Shown here: positions 35,259 to 45,420 of the stretch, piece by piece
Position numbering within the stretch: position 1 is the first letter of the stretch
Layout of the letters: each line of letters begins with the position of its first letter
Assembly (NCBI GenBank): GCA_043810865.1
Contig: JBDRNS010000020.1
Location: 17,828 to 81,827, forward strand
Direction of reading: 5' to 3'
DNA from: an archaeon
Lineage (GTDB): Archaea > Nanobdellota > Nanobdellia > Pacearchaeales > GW2011-AR1
Length of the DNA stretch: 64,000 nucleotides
The notes under the pieces: generated by a model
Databases searched by the model: none
Told to the model about the DNA's origin: nothing
Seen by the model: the letters and a program-made list of their open reading frames with translations, nothing else
Translations under genes and position numbers: made by a program

Positions 35259-38003
35259 ATGAAGATGTCTGATGAATTGCTGAAATTTGACAAAGAAAGG
35301 TTGAAAAAAAGTTTTGAGAAAGCCAAAAAAGTTTTTAGTCAAAGGAAAGTCCAGTTAATTCTTATTTTTCTTTTGCTTTCAGCAATAATAATTTTTGGGA
35401 TGTGGATGAGAGTTCAAAATCTTCCCCTGCTAAAAGACCAGACAACAGGAGAATATATCCCTACAGCACTTGACCCATTTTATTTTTTGAGAGTGGCTGA
35501 AACAATAATTGAACAGGGAGGACTGCCGGAAGTCGATAATATGAGAATTATTCAAGGAGGGATAGGGTATACTCACGAGATTCTTCCATGGCTGATAGTT
35601 TACATGCATAAAATCGCAAATATATTTGGAGATTACTCTATCCAATACATTGATGTCATTTCTCCGGTAGTATTTTTTGGGGCAGGATTAATTGTTTTTT
35701 TCTTTCTTATTTATTATTTAACCCATTCTAAGGTTACTTCTCTGATAAGCACCGCTTTTCTTATGGTAATTCCATCATACATTTATCGTTCTACTGCCGG
35801 ATTTTCCGATCATGATATTGTAGGGATGTTTGCATTTTTTTCAGTTTTGCTGAGTTATAGTTTTGTGTTAAAATATTTCGACAAGGAATATGAAAAAAGA
35901 AATCTCCTTAGAAACTCTATTTTATTTGGGTTGCTGGTTGGTTTTTTATCCTCATTTACTATTGCAAGTTGGGGAGGTGTTGCAAATTTTGTTTTTTTGA
36001 TAATTCCACTCTCCTCTCTTTTATTTTGGATAATAAAGTCGCAAAAAATTCATGATACAAACACAAAACATCTTAAGAATTTCATAATATTTTATTCTTC
36101 CTGGATTTTTTTTACAATATTGTCCGGTTTGATTTATGGGTTTTCATTATCCTCTCTTATTAACAGAACATTTTTAGGTTCAACGAGCATATTATCAGGA
36201 ATTACTTTTTTATTTATTCTTGTGGACTTTTTAATCATCAGGTACAACAGCAAAATTTATTTCGTTAATCAACAGAATTTGAAAAAGTATAGAATTTTTT
36301 ACAGCATATCTGCTGTTTTATTAATTGGATTGGTTTTTCTTACAGTAACGGGAAGATTATTTTCTTTTGTCTCGCTTTTCATAGACAGATTCATCCATCC
36401 TTTTGGAGCCGGAAGAACAGGATTAACTGTTGCTGAAAATGCACAGCCGTATTTAAATGACTGGATAAGCCAGACAGGAAAAAGATTTTTTTGGTTGGTT
36501 TGTTTAGGGATTTTCTTTGTGGGTTTGGATATTTCAAAAGGACTTGAGAAAAATAAAAACAGGATTATTTTCTTACTACTGTGGGCTTTCATGGTATCAG
36601 GAATATTATTCAGCAGGATATCCCCAAATTCTCTTTTCAATGGTTCAAATTTCATCAGCATACTTTTTTACTTTATTAGTATAAGTTTATTTTTTCTGTA
36701 TTCCTTATGGCTTTATTTTAACCATAAAATCAATATCAAAAGCGAATTACTTTTGATTTTCGCGTGGCTAATCTTCATGCTAGTTGCAGGAAGGTCCGCT
36801 GTAAGAGTATTATTCATAATAACTCCCTTTGCATGCTTTATGGGGGGTTATGCGATTAACTCCTTTGTAAAATATTCTCTAAAAACAAAAGATGATCTGC
36901 TGAAGATTTTTTTAGTGATTGCAACAATAACAATCATAATCATATCTACCTATAGCTTCTTTATTTTTGTTTCAACATCATCGCAGCAGGCAAAATATGT
37001 TGGTCCTTCTGCAAATGCCCAATGGCAAGAGGCAATGAACTGGGTGAGAGAAAATACATCTGAGAGTTCTGTTTTTGTTCACTGGTGGGATTACGGTTTT
37101 TGGGTAGAATATCTCGGCAAGAGGGCTACATTAGCAGACGGGGGACATTTTGAAGGAGATTTTAGAGACCATTTGATAGGGAGATATTTACTTACTACGC
37201 CAAAACCTGAAACTGCATTAAGTTTTATGAAATCTAATAATGTCTCTCATTTGCTAATAGATCCAACTGACTTAGGAAAATACGGAGCATATTCCAGAAT
37301 TGGAAGTGACAATTCAAGCATTGACAGATTTTCAACCATACCTTTAATTTCTTACAATTCAGAACAAAGCAAAGAGGAAAATGGAAAAGAAACAAGAGTA
37401 TATTTGGGAGGAGTTTATGTAGATGAAGATATTGTTTATGGAGAAGGAGATAATCAAATATTTCTTCCACAGAATGGTGCAACATTTCAGGGAGCAGCAA
37501 TAACATTAAACAAAAATGGAAATCAGCAATCATTTAATCAGCCAGTGGGAATTTTTGTTTACCAAAATAAACAATTTAGCATTCCGATAAGATACTTAGA
37601 GTATAAAAATAATCTGAATGATTTTGGAGGAGGATTGGATGCTGTAATAAAAATCATACCTTCCACAACCCAGAACCAAAATAACGTGAACATAGATTAT
37701 ATGGGTATGGCACTCTATCTCTCTCCAAAAGTTTCCAAGAGTTTATTTGCCCAGCTTTATCTTCTTAATAATGCATTTAATACATATCCTACAATAAATA
37801 TTGCGCATTCAGAACCAGACCCTGTCATCAGCAATTTAAAATCTCAGGGTGCTAATCTCGACGAATTTGCCTTTATCGGAGGATTTAGAGGGCCAATAAA
37901 AATCTGGAAAGTTGATTATCCTGAAAATATTCTTGTAAAAGAAGAATTCCAAAGAACCGGCGGAACTTATGCTGAGTTTGATAATTTAATACTTAGTAAT
38001 TGA
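35259..38003 (+). CDS. aglB: Archaeal oligosaccharyltransferase AglB (STT3 family)
   Basis: Large N-terminal polytopic domain with the catalytic WWDYG motif (VFVHWWDYGFWVEY) and a soluble C-terminal domain. The track start at 35256 is TTG, so I use ATG 35259. Confidence 0.9.
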   Translation: MKMSDELLKFDKERLKKSFEKAKKVFSQRKVQLILIFLLLSAIIIFGMWMRVQNLPLLKDQTTGEYIPTALDPFYFLRVAETIIEQGGLPEVDNMRIIQGGIGYTHEILPWLIVYMHKIANIFGDYSIQYIDVISPVVFFGAGLIVFFFLIYYLTHSKVTSLISTAFLMVIPSYIYRSTAGFSDHDIVGMFAFFSVLLSYSFVLKYFDKEYEKRNLLRNSILFGLLVGFLSSFTIASWGGVANFVFLIIPLSSLLFWIIKSQKIHDTNTKHLKNFIIFYSSWIFFTILSGLIYGFSLSSLINRTFLGSTSILSGITFLFILVDFLIIRYNSKIYFVNQQNLKKYRIFYSISAVLLIGLVFLTVTGRLFSFVSLFIDRFIHPFGAGRTGLTVAENAQPYLNDWISQTGKRFFWLVCLGIFFVGLDISKGLEKNKNRIIFLLLWAFMVSGILFSRISPNSLFNGSNFISILFYFISISLFFLYSLWLYFNHKINIKSELLLIFAWLIFMLVAGRSAVRVLFIITPFACFMGGYAINSFVKYSLKTKDDLLKIFLVIATITIIIISTYSFFIFVSTSSQQAKYVGPSANAQWQEAMNWVRENTSESSVFVHWWDYGFWVEYLGKRATLADGGHFEGDFRDHLIGRYLLTTPKPETALSFMKSNNVSHLLIDPTDLGKYGAYSRIGSDNSSIDRFSTIPLISYNSEQSKEENGKETRVYLGGVYVDEDIVYGEGDNQIFLPQNGATFQGAAITLNKNGNQQSFNQPVGIFVYQNKQFSIPIRYLEYKNNLNDFGGGLDAVIKIIPSTTQNQNNVNIDYMGMALYLSPKVSKSLFAQLYLLNNAFNTYPTINIAHSEPDPVISNLKSQGANLDEFAFIGGFRGPIKIWKVDYPENILVKEEFQRTGGTYAEFDNLILSN

Positions 38004-38043
38004 GTTCCATAATCTTTAAAATGTTTTTGCTTTAAAATTATTG

Positions 38044-39159
38044 ATGGGCAATAGTCATTCTGGCATTGTGATTATAATCGGGACAAAGGCGGAACTAATA
38101 AAATGCATGCCTGTAATGCTTGAATTGCAAAAACAAAAAAAAGATTATTGGTTTGTTCATACAGGACAGCATCCTTTAGGAAAAGCATGCGAGGAATTTA
38201 GCATAAAAAAGCCGGATTTTATTTTGAGCGAAGAGCCAGAGATAAGCACAAAGTTTTGGTCAAAGATAAGCGGAAATGCAGCTATTTGGTCTGTCTCCAT
38301 GGTTTTCAAAATAAAAAACCTCATTAGAAAACTAAAACCAAAATATATAATTTACCACGGAGATACTATGAGTACGGCTATTGCTGCTTTTGCTTCAAGT
38401 AAAATTTTGAACGGCAAAAAATCATGGAAAAATGTCCATCTTGAGGCAGGATTGAGGAGTGGTTCTTTATTTGAACCATTTCCCGAAGAAATATCACGCA
38501 AAATTGCTGATTATTTTTCAGATATACTTTTTGCGGTTTCTGATTTAACTGAGAAAAATCTTAAAAAGATGATGAAAAAAAGAATGGTGATGAAAGTTGG
38601 GAATACTATAATTGATTCCGCAAGAATTACTTATGATAAAGCCAGAAAAAACCCATATAAAATTCATGGAGAGTATGTCCTTATTAATTTACACAGACAT
38701 GAAAGTTTGAATAATAAAGAAAGAATGGTAAATATTGTCCGAATTATAAAAAAAGTAAAGATTAAAGCTATCTGGCCATTACACGATAATACAGAGCATT
38801 ACCTAAAAAAATATAATTTATACGACGATGTTAAGAAAATGGAAAACATGGAAATTCTGCCACTTATTGACTACTTTAAATTTATTTTTTTGCTGGCAAA
38901 TTGCAAGTATCTCATTACCGACGGAGGCAGTATTCAGGAAGAAAGTTTAGTTTTCAAAAAGCCATGCATTTTACTCAGGGAGAGAACAGAGAGACAAGAA
39001 GGATTAATAACAGGAATTAATTTTCTTACCGGGCTTGATGTTTATTTAGCCGGAAAAATTATTGCTAAAGCAGAAAACAATGAAATAGAAATAAAAGATT
39101 TTAAAAATCCTTATGGGGAAAAAGATTTAAGTAAAAAAATTATTGAAATTCTAAAATGA
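38044..39159 (+). CDS. wecB: UDP-N-acetylglucosamine 2-epimerase (WecB family)
   Basis: GTKAELIKCMPV, HTGQH, HLEAGLRS and TDGGSIQEES motifs. ATG 38044 follows the TTG at 38041. Confidence 0.8.
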   Translation: MGNSHSGIVIIIGTKAELIKCMPVMLELQKQKKDYWFVHTGQHPLGKACEEFSIKKPDFILSEEPEISTKFWSKISGNAAIWSVSMVFKIKNLIRKLKPKYIIYHGDTMSTAIAAFASSKILNGKKSWKNVHLEAGLRSGSLFEPFPEEISRKIADYFSDILFAVSDLTEKNLKKMMKKRMVMKVGNTIIDSARITYDKARKNPYKIHGEYVLINLHRHESLNNKERMVNIVRIIKKVKIKAIWPLHDNTEHYLKKYNLYDDVKKMENMEILPLIDYFKFIFLLANCKYLITDGGSIQEESLVFKKPCILLRERTERQEGLITGINFLTGLDVYLAGKIIAKAENNEIEIKDFKNPYGEKDLSKKIIEILK

Positions 39160-40022
39160 ACAATATAATAGAATGGGTAAGCTGGATACCTTACAAATTA
39201 AAAACAGAAATTTTACCAAAAAAAGTAAAAAAGAGAATTGATTTGGATTTGTCTTTTATCGGGATAAACAAAAAGTTCAGGTTTTCCGCATTAGAAAAAG
39301 ATGAAGGTTTGTCAAGACAACTAACAACTTTCGGTTTTAGAGAACCCATAAATTTAAGATACTCATCTATTTTTACTGGCAAGGATGACATAGTCCTTGA
39401 TATTGGTGCAAATCTGGGCTTATTTTCATTACTTTCATTCAACGCAAAGAAAATAATATCAATAGAACCAATTAAAGAATGCATTCCTATCTTAAAGAAG
39501 AATCTCATGGATAATAATTTATCGGGTAAGTCAGAGGTGTTAAACATGGCTGTAGGTAAAAGAGGAAAATTAATTCTAGAAAAAAATAACAAAGTTAATT
39601 TGTCTATGGTTGTAGACAAAAAAGGCGCCAATACTGTGGAAGTAATAAGCCAGCCATTAGAATATTTTGTCGGAAGATTTCATGCAAATGCTCTGCGCAT
39701 GGATGTGGAAGGTTATGAGTATGATATTCTATACAAAAAAATCCCAAGAGAGATAAATAAAATATCAATGGAGTTCCATACGGCCCTCCTCGGCAATGAA
39801 AAAATTGCTAAATTACTTGATTACTTTAATAAGGAAGGATTTTCTGTCCAATATTTAATTGAGGATCTTCCCATAAGATTATACCCCTTTTACACTATTT
39901 TAAAAAAAACAGGAATAATAAAAAGAATTGCTTATGTTAAAAAAAACTTAAACCCCCGAGATTGCATTAATTACATAAATGAGGGGAGGAAAGTAAAATA
40001 TCTTTTCCTCAAAAGAGAATGA
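39156..40022 (+). CDS. FkbM-family SAM-dependent methyltransferase
   Basis: DIGANLGLFSL (SAM motif I) and the later MDVEGYEYDIL, both typical of FkbM. Confidence 0.7.
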   Translation: MNNIIEWVSWIPYKLKTEILPKKVKKRIDLDLSFIGINKKFRFSALEKDEGLSRQLTTFGFREPINLRYSSIFTGKDDIVLDIGANLGLFSLLSFNAKKIISIEPIKECIPILKKNLMDNNLSGKSEVLNMAVGKRGKLILEKNNKVNLSMVVDKKGANTVEVISQPLEYFVGRFHANALRMDVEGYEYDILYKKIPREINKISMEFHTALLGNEKIAKLLDYFNKEGFSVQYLIEDLPIRLYPFYTILKKTGIIKRIAYVKKNLNPRDCINYINEGRKVKYLFLKRE

Positions 40023-40068
40023 TTATTAATTTCATAATTTTTAAAAATGAGTTCTGGCAATATTAGTA

Positions 40069-41214
40069 ATGAAAAGTCAAAAAATAAAAGTCCATATTCT
40101 TGCAAGCCCCCACCCACAATTTGACGAGATTCTTGACTTTCCGCCTAAAGGGGTAAAATATTCCATTAATAGGGTTAAAACATCTTATCATGGATGGATT
40201 ACGGAAAAGAAAATTGCCCTCCACGGACTGCTGATGTTTGTCCTTCCCATTCCAAGGATGACTCATACTAAAACAAATGCGGATTTAGTCCATTCAACGC
40301 GCGGGATTTTGCAGATAAAACAGAAAAAACCATGGATAGTAGATTGTGAAACAGGAGGGATATTTACTTCTTTTAATTACAAGTCATTAAAAAACCCGAT
40401 TATGAAAAAAATTATTCTTGGTGCTCTAAGCTCAAAGGAATGTAAAAAAATTCTCCCTCAAAGCGAAGCCGCTAAAAAGGACTTGCTGAATGCCCTTGAT
40501 TGCAGTGGTTTTAAGGACAAGATAGAGGTTCTCTATTTGGCAATGAGGCCCTGCAAAAAAAAGAAAATTAACAGAAAAGATAAGAAAGTTGTTCTTTTGT
40601 TCATTGGACAAAATTTTTACGGTAAAGGAGGTCATGATTTAATTAGAGCATATGAAATCTTGACAAAAAAATATGATAATTTGGAATTAAAATTCAAGGG
40701 GGACATCCCCGAGAAATATTTGCCCTTAGCTAAAAGACTTAAAGGATTAAAAATAATAAAAAACCATTTCCCGAGGGACGAATTATTTGACAGAATGTAT
40801 CTAAATTCAGATATTTTTGTACTTCCAACCCACCAAGATAACTATGGTGTTGTTTTTCTTGAAGCGATGTCTGCAGGATTACCCATTGTAGGAACAACAA
40901 GTTTTACGGTCCCTGAGTTAATAGAGGAAGGAAAAAATGGTTTTTTAATTAAAACACCTTATTCTTGGGAAAATTATCTTAATCAGAGAAATGAATTTGA
41001 AGATAAAAAAGCTACAAAAGATTGGGAAAGATTACATCCGGAGATTATAAAGCAACTTGTTGAAAAATTGTCGATTTTGATTGAGAACAGGGGATTAAGG
41101 GAGAAAATGGGAAAAGAAAGCAAAAAGATGATAGAGGATGAAAACGGGAAATTTAGCATAAAAAGGCGAAACAAACAATTAAGAAAAATTTATGAAGAAG
41201 CCTTGAGAAATTAG
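40069..41214 (+). CDS. Glycosyltransferase, GT-B fold (GT4-like)
   Basis: C-terminal domain with IFVLPTHQDNYGVVFLEAMSAGLPIVGT and EEGKNGFL (E-x7-E-like region). Confidence 0.75.
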   Translation: MKSQKIKVHILASPHPQFDEILDFPPKGVKYSINRVKTSYHGWITEKKIALHGLLMFVLPIPRMTHTKTNADLVHSTRGILQIKQKKPWIVDCETGGIFTSFNYKSLKNPIMKKIILGALSSKECKKILPQSEAAKKDLLNALDCSGFKDKIEVLYLAMRPCKKKKINRKDKKVVLLFIGQNFYGKGGHDLIRAYEILTKKYDNLELKFKGDIPEKYLPLAKRLKGLKIIKNHFPRDELFDRMYLNSDIFVLPTHQDNYGVVFLEAMSAGLPIVGTTSFTVPELIEEGKNGFLIKTPYSWENYLNQRNEFEDKKATKDWERLHPEIIKQLVEKLSILIENRGLREKMGKESKKMIEDENGKFSIKRRNKQLRKIYEEALRN

Positions 41215-41217
41215 ATT

Positions 41218-42288
41218 ATGGAATTATTAAACAAAGATAATGAGCATTTATTGGAAAATTTTGCAAAAACCACGGAAAACAACAGTCCTCAATTTTCGAT
41301 TCAGTGGAAAAATGAGGTAGAAAAATCATATGGAAATTGTACTCCAAATTATTACCTGAACAAAATAGGAGAAAATGTAAAAACAATTTTTCCTTTTTTT
41401 CTTGTTAAAAGCAAAATTTTCGGAAACAGGTTAATCTCATTGCCTTTTGCAGATTTCGGGGGCCCTTTTGGAGAATTTGATGAGAAATTTCTTGGAAATG
41501 TCTTGGAAACACTTAAAGAAAACGAAGGCGTTTCAAAAATAGAGATAAGACTAAATGACTTCGTGGATGAGTACGAGAAAATGGAAAAAATCCTTATTAA
41601 AAAAGGATTCGAAAAAGAATTTAAAAAAAATCAGTGCATCTTAAAGCTCAAGGGTGAAGAAGAGTTATGGAATGATTTTAATAGGATAACAAAAAAGGGC
41701 GTAAAGAAGGCACAAAAATCAGGATTGGTTCTTAAGGATATTAATAACGATGAAGAATTAAATTCATTTTACAAACTTTATTTCAAAAATATGAAAAATT
41801 TTGGCACCCCTCAGCATAGTTATGATTTCTTCAAAAATCTTATGGAAATTATGGGCGAGAAATTTAAGGGATTAAACTGCTATAAAGACAGCAAACTAAT
41901 AGGTTCACTTATTGCCCTGCACACGAAAGAATATGCATGCGCCGCATACACCGCTTCCGAAAAAAAATTTCTTGTTTATCAGCCGAATGATTTGATTCAT
42001 TGGGAGATTATAAAATGGTGCGCAAACAAAGGGATTAAGTATTTTGATTTTGGACAGTGCAATGCAAATTCCGAAGAAGGCACGCATGAAAGGGGAATAT
42101 TCAAATTCAAAAGCAAATGGGGTGGGGAAATGTACAACAGATATTATTTTAATTATAATTTTGACAAAAAAGACAAACTGGAAAGTGCAAAAGAAGAGAG
42201 AGAGACCCTTGTAAAAATCTGGAGAAAAGTTCCTTCATTTTTAATTAAAATTTTGGGGCCAAGGATTGCATCCCAGCTTGCACTTTAA
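41218..42288 (+). CDS. FemAB-family / GNAT-fold acyl(aminoacyl)transferase-like protein
   Basis: The length and pattern (F.IQWKNEVEKSYG, LSLPFADFGGPFG, FYKLYFKNMKNFGTPQHSYDFF, KYFDFGQC) resemble FemAB-type proteins found in exopolysaccharide loci. Confidence 0.55.
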   Translation: MELLNKDNEHLLENFAKTTENNSPQFSIQWKNEVEKSYGNCTPNYYLNKIGENVKTIFPFFLVKSKIFGNRLISLPFADFGGPFGEFDEKFLGNVLETLKENEGVSKIEIRLNDFVDEYEKMEKILIKKGFEKEFKKNQCILKLKGEEELWNDFNRITKKGVKKAQKSGLVLKDINNDEELNSFYKLYFKNMKNFGTPQHSYDFFKNLMEIMGEKFKGLNCYKDSKLIGSLIALHTKEYACAAYTASEKKFLVYQPNDLIHWEIIKWCANKGIKYFDFGQCNANSEEGTHERGIFKFKSKWGGEMYNRYYFNYNFDKKDKLESAKEERETLVKIWRKVPSFLIKILGPRIASQLAL

Positions 42289-42289
42289 A

Positions 42290-43069
42290 ATGAAAAAATC
42301 ATTCACTCTCAGGGTTGACTTGGAATCAGACAAAGGGATAAAAGAAGGTGTTCCAAAACTTTTGGATTTGCTTAAAAAATATGGCATTAAGGCATCTTTT
42401 TATTTGTCCATGGGGGGAGAATCAGACATTCTGGAAATATTAAAGCACAGGGGAAAGTTAAAAACTTCCGGCGAAAGAAGCGTCAAGATATGGTCTATAA
42501 AAGAAAAGGTGAGAATGGTTTTGTTCCCAAAAGATTTCGTTAAGAGAAACATAGGAATCCTGAAGAGAATACTTGAAGAGGGACATGAACTTGGTGTTCA
42601 TGGATGGAAGCACAGGGAATGGACTCGTGGACTGAAAAAGATTGGCATTGAAAACACGATTAGAAAATCAATAAAAAAATATGAAAAATTTTTTGGGAAT
42701 AAACCAATAAGCTTTGCGTCTCCGGGTTTTAATACAAATAAGGATGTTATGGAAGCATTGGAAAAGAATAACATAAAATTTGTCAGCGATTTTCAGGGAG
42801 ATAAACCGGAAAAACACGGAAAGATAAAAAACATCCCTATTACCATCCTCGGAAAGGAAAAAATGCCTGTAATTGAATATTTGGTTTCTTTAGGCAAAAA
42901 TGATGGAGAAATACTAGAGATAATAAAGGAAGAGATAACAAAAAGAGAACTGGCATCATTTTATATTCACGGTATGTTTGAACCAAGGTTCAAGAGAGAT
43001 GTTTTAGAGGAAATATTTAGGTTTGTAAAAAGAAAAAAAATTAAAGATAAAAGAATTATTGATTATTAG
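42290..43069 (+). CDS. Polysaccharide deacetylase (CE4 / ArnD-like)
   Basis: FTLRVDLESD, HELGVHGWKH and FASPGFN motifs. The ATG follows just after the upstream stop. Confidence 0.7.
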   Translation: MKKSFTLRVDLESDKGIKEGVPKLLDLLKKYGIKASFYLSMGGESDILEILKHRGKLKTSGERSVKIWSIKEKVRMVLFPKDFVKRNIGILKRILEEGHELGVHGWKHREWTRGLKKIGIENTIRKSIKKYEKFFGNKPISFASPGFNTNKDVMEALEKNNIKFVSDFQGDKPEKHGKIKNIPITILGKEKMPVIEYLVSLGKNDGEILEIIKEEITKRELASFYIHGMFEPRFKRDVLEEIFRFVKRKKIKDKRIIDY

Positions 43070-44168
43070 ATTTATTTCCAATTAATGAAATATAAAGTTC
43101 TTTATATTTTCCAGCAACAACTGGCCAGTTATTTTCCCTTAAGTATCTTTCACATTCTCTCACCATTTTTTTATAATTATCTTTTTTCATAGACTCTTTT
43201 ATAACACGCGGAAAATCATCTTTATTTTCTGCAATCCTCAAAGACCCATATTTTCTTGCCATTTCCTTAAAGAAAGGAATGTTGCTGGCAACAACAGGTG
43301 TTTTTGAAGACATGGCATCTGAAAAAACCCCGCTCCTTACCCCTCCCCTATATGCCTGTATAATCAAATCTGCGGCTGAAAAATACTTCCACCATAATAC
43401 ATCAGGAATTTCCTTCAAATCAAATCTCACAAATTTTTCAAATCCTTTTTCTTTCACAATTTCCTTGTTAAGACTAATATAATTTCTTGTTTTTTCCTTG
43501 TTTCTTACATTAACCCCTTTGGGGTTGGTTGCAAAAACAATTGTCTTTCCTATCTTATCCGCCTGACTGATTATTATATCCGCCCCAACATCTTCTGTAA
43601 GGTTTCCCATCATAAGATAAACATTACCTGTAAATTTCAGCTCTTTTTTTGCCCTTGACTTCGGCAAGAGATTAACATCATAAATAAGTCCTTGGGGGAC
43701 TACTTTTATTCTTGAATCATTAAAATTATATTCTTCTATCAAAATATTCTTATAAAACTCTTCATTTACTAAAACCATATCAGAAACCCAATTTATCATC
43801 CTATTTTGAAAAAAGTACAACATTTTTCTAAAGATACTTTTTATGGCTTTTTTGTCTACCCTTTTTTTGTTTGAAAGAACAGTATGCATATGAAGCACTA
43901 TTTTTTTATTTAACATAAAAAAACGCGACAAAACTAAAAAGAAAGGCAACCCGTAAAGCCCAAGAAGGTTATATTCATGCTGTAAGTGAATTATATCATA
44001 TTCTTTTAATTTAGGGATTATTTTAAAAAAGGATTTTAATGAGCCTGCAGTGTAAGTTATCAAGTTTATATCAACCCCTTTCTTCCTGGTTTCATTTACA
44101 ATGTATTGTGAAATTTTTGACAGTGCCTTTTCCGACTCCGAATCGGGAGAAATTAATGCCACTTTCAT
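43056..44168 (-). CDS. Glycosyltransferase, GT-B fold (GT4-like)
   Basis: N-terminus MKVALISP, with a C-terminal nucleotide-sugar-binding-like region (SGVFSDAMSSKTPVVASNIPFFKE). Confidence 0.65.
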   Translation of the reverse strand: MKVALISPDSESEKALSKISQYIVNETRKKGVDINLITYTAGSLKSFFKIIPKLKEYDIIHLQHEYNLLGLYGLPFFLVLSRFFMLNKKIVLHMHTVLSNKKRVDKKAIKSIFRKMLYFFQNRMINWVSDMVLVNEEFYKNILIEEYNFNDSRIKVVPQGLIYDVNLLPKSRAKKELKFTGNVYLMMGNLTEDVGADIIISQADKIGKTIVFATNPKGVNVRNKEKTRNYISLNKEIVKEKGFEKFVRFDLKEIPDVLWWKYFSAADLIIQAYRGGVRSGVFSDAMSSKTPVVASNIPFFKEMARKYGSLRIAENKDDFPRVIKESMKKDNYKKMVRECERYLRENNWPVVAGKYKELYISLIGNKSNNQ

Positions 44169-44285
44169 AAAAATTTTGGAGAAGTATTGTTTATAAAATT
44201 TATCGATGTCAGGGACATATTCAAGAAATAAAATTGTATTTCACAATGCATATAAACTTTTAAATGAGGATTTTTCTGTTCTAAA

Positions 44286-45392
44286 ATGAATGAAATAAAC
44301 TTTTCAACAAGTGTAAAAGAGATTAAAGAAAGGGTTTTGCAAATTTTTGATAATTTTGACAAAGAAGTTAAAAAAGGAGAGAGAAAAAAAGCATTTATTA
44401 CGGGAATTACTGGGCAAGATGGCTCATATTTAGCTGAATTTTTGTTAAAAAAAGGATACGAAGTTCATGGATTGGTAAGAAGGGTAGCTTTGGAGGACCC
44501 ACATCACAGACTTAAAAGAATTTACCATATAAAGAACAAATTAATTTTACATCCAGGAAATATAGAAAGCTATTCCCGTTTAATAGATTTATTTGATAAA
44601 ATTCAACCAGATGAATGTTATCATCTAGCAGCACAAAGCTTTGTACACGAATCTTTTGAAGATTCTTTCTCTACCTTCATTACAAATATTCAGGGGACAC
44701 TTAATATACTAACTGCTCTCAAAAATAGATCTCCAAAATGTAGATTTTATTTTGCGGCATCATCAGAAATGTTTGGAAAAGTTGAAGAAATACCTCAAAC
44801 AGAAAAAACTCCTTTTCATGCACGTTCCCCATATGGGATTACAAAAGTTACTGGCTTTGATCTAACAAGAAATTTCAGGGAGTCTTACAATATTTTTGCG
44901 TGCAGTGGAATACTATTCAATCACGAATCTCCAAGGAGAGGTCATGAATTTGTTACCAGAAAAATAACCTCTTCAATATCAAAAATAAAAGAAAATCAGG
45001 ATTTTTGTTTAGGACTTGGAAATTTAAATGCAAAAAGAGACTGGGGTTTTGCAGAAGATTATGTTGAGGCAATGTGGCTAATGCTACAGCAAGAAAAACC
45101 AGAAGACTACGTGATATCTACAGGAGAGACCCATACAGTAAGAGAGTTTGTTGAAGAAGCATTCAAGGTCGCAGGCTTGCTCCCAATAACATGGCATGGT
45201 GAAGGCATCAATGAAATTGGAAAACATAATGGGAAAATAGTTATAAAGATTGATGAAAACTTTTCTAGGCCTGCAGAAGTTGACCTTCTTGTTGGAGATT
45301 TTTCAAAAGCAAAAACAAATCTTAATTGGAAACCAAGAACAAAATTTGAAGATCTTGTTAGAATAATGATTAAAGAAGATTTAAAAAAATAA
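44286..45392 (+). CDS. gmd: GDP-mannose 4,6-dehydratase (paralog 1)
   Basis: AFITGITGQDGSYLAEFLLKKGYEVHGLVRR, SSEMFG, SPYGITK (YxxxK) and ILFNHESPRRG. It carries a roughly 35-aa N-terminal extension. Confidence 0.9.
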   Translation: MNEINFSTSVKEIKERVLQIFDNFDKEVKKGERKKAFITGITGQDGSYLAEFLLKKGYEVHGLVRRVALEDPHHRLKRIYHIKNKLILHPGNIESYSRLIDLFDKIQPDECYHLAAQSFVHESFEDSFSTFITNIQGTLNILTALKNRSPKCRFYFAASSEMFGKVEEIPQTEKTPFHARSPYGITKVTGFDLTRNFRESYNIFACSGILFNHESPRRGHEFVTRKITSSISKIKENQDFCLGLGNLNAKRDWGFAEDYVEAMWLMLQQEKPEDYVISTGETHTVREFVEEAFKVAGLLPITWHGEGINEIGKHNGKIVIKIDENFSRPAEVDLLVGDFSKAKTNLNWKPRTKFEDLVRIMIKEDLKK

Positions 45393-45420
45393 AAAATTAT
45401 TGTATCTAAAATAATAACAA

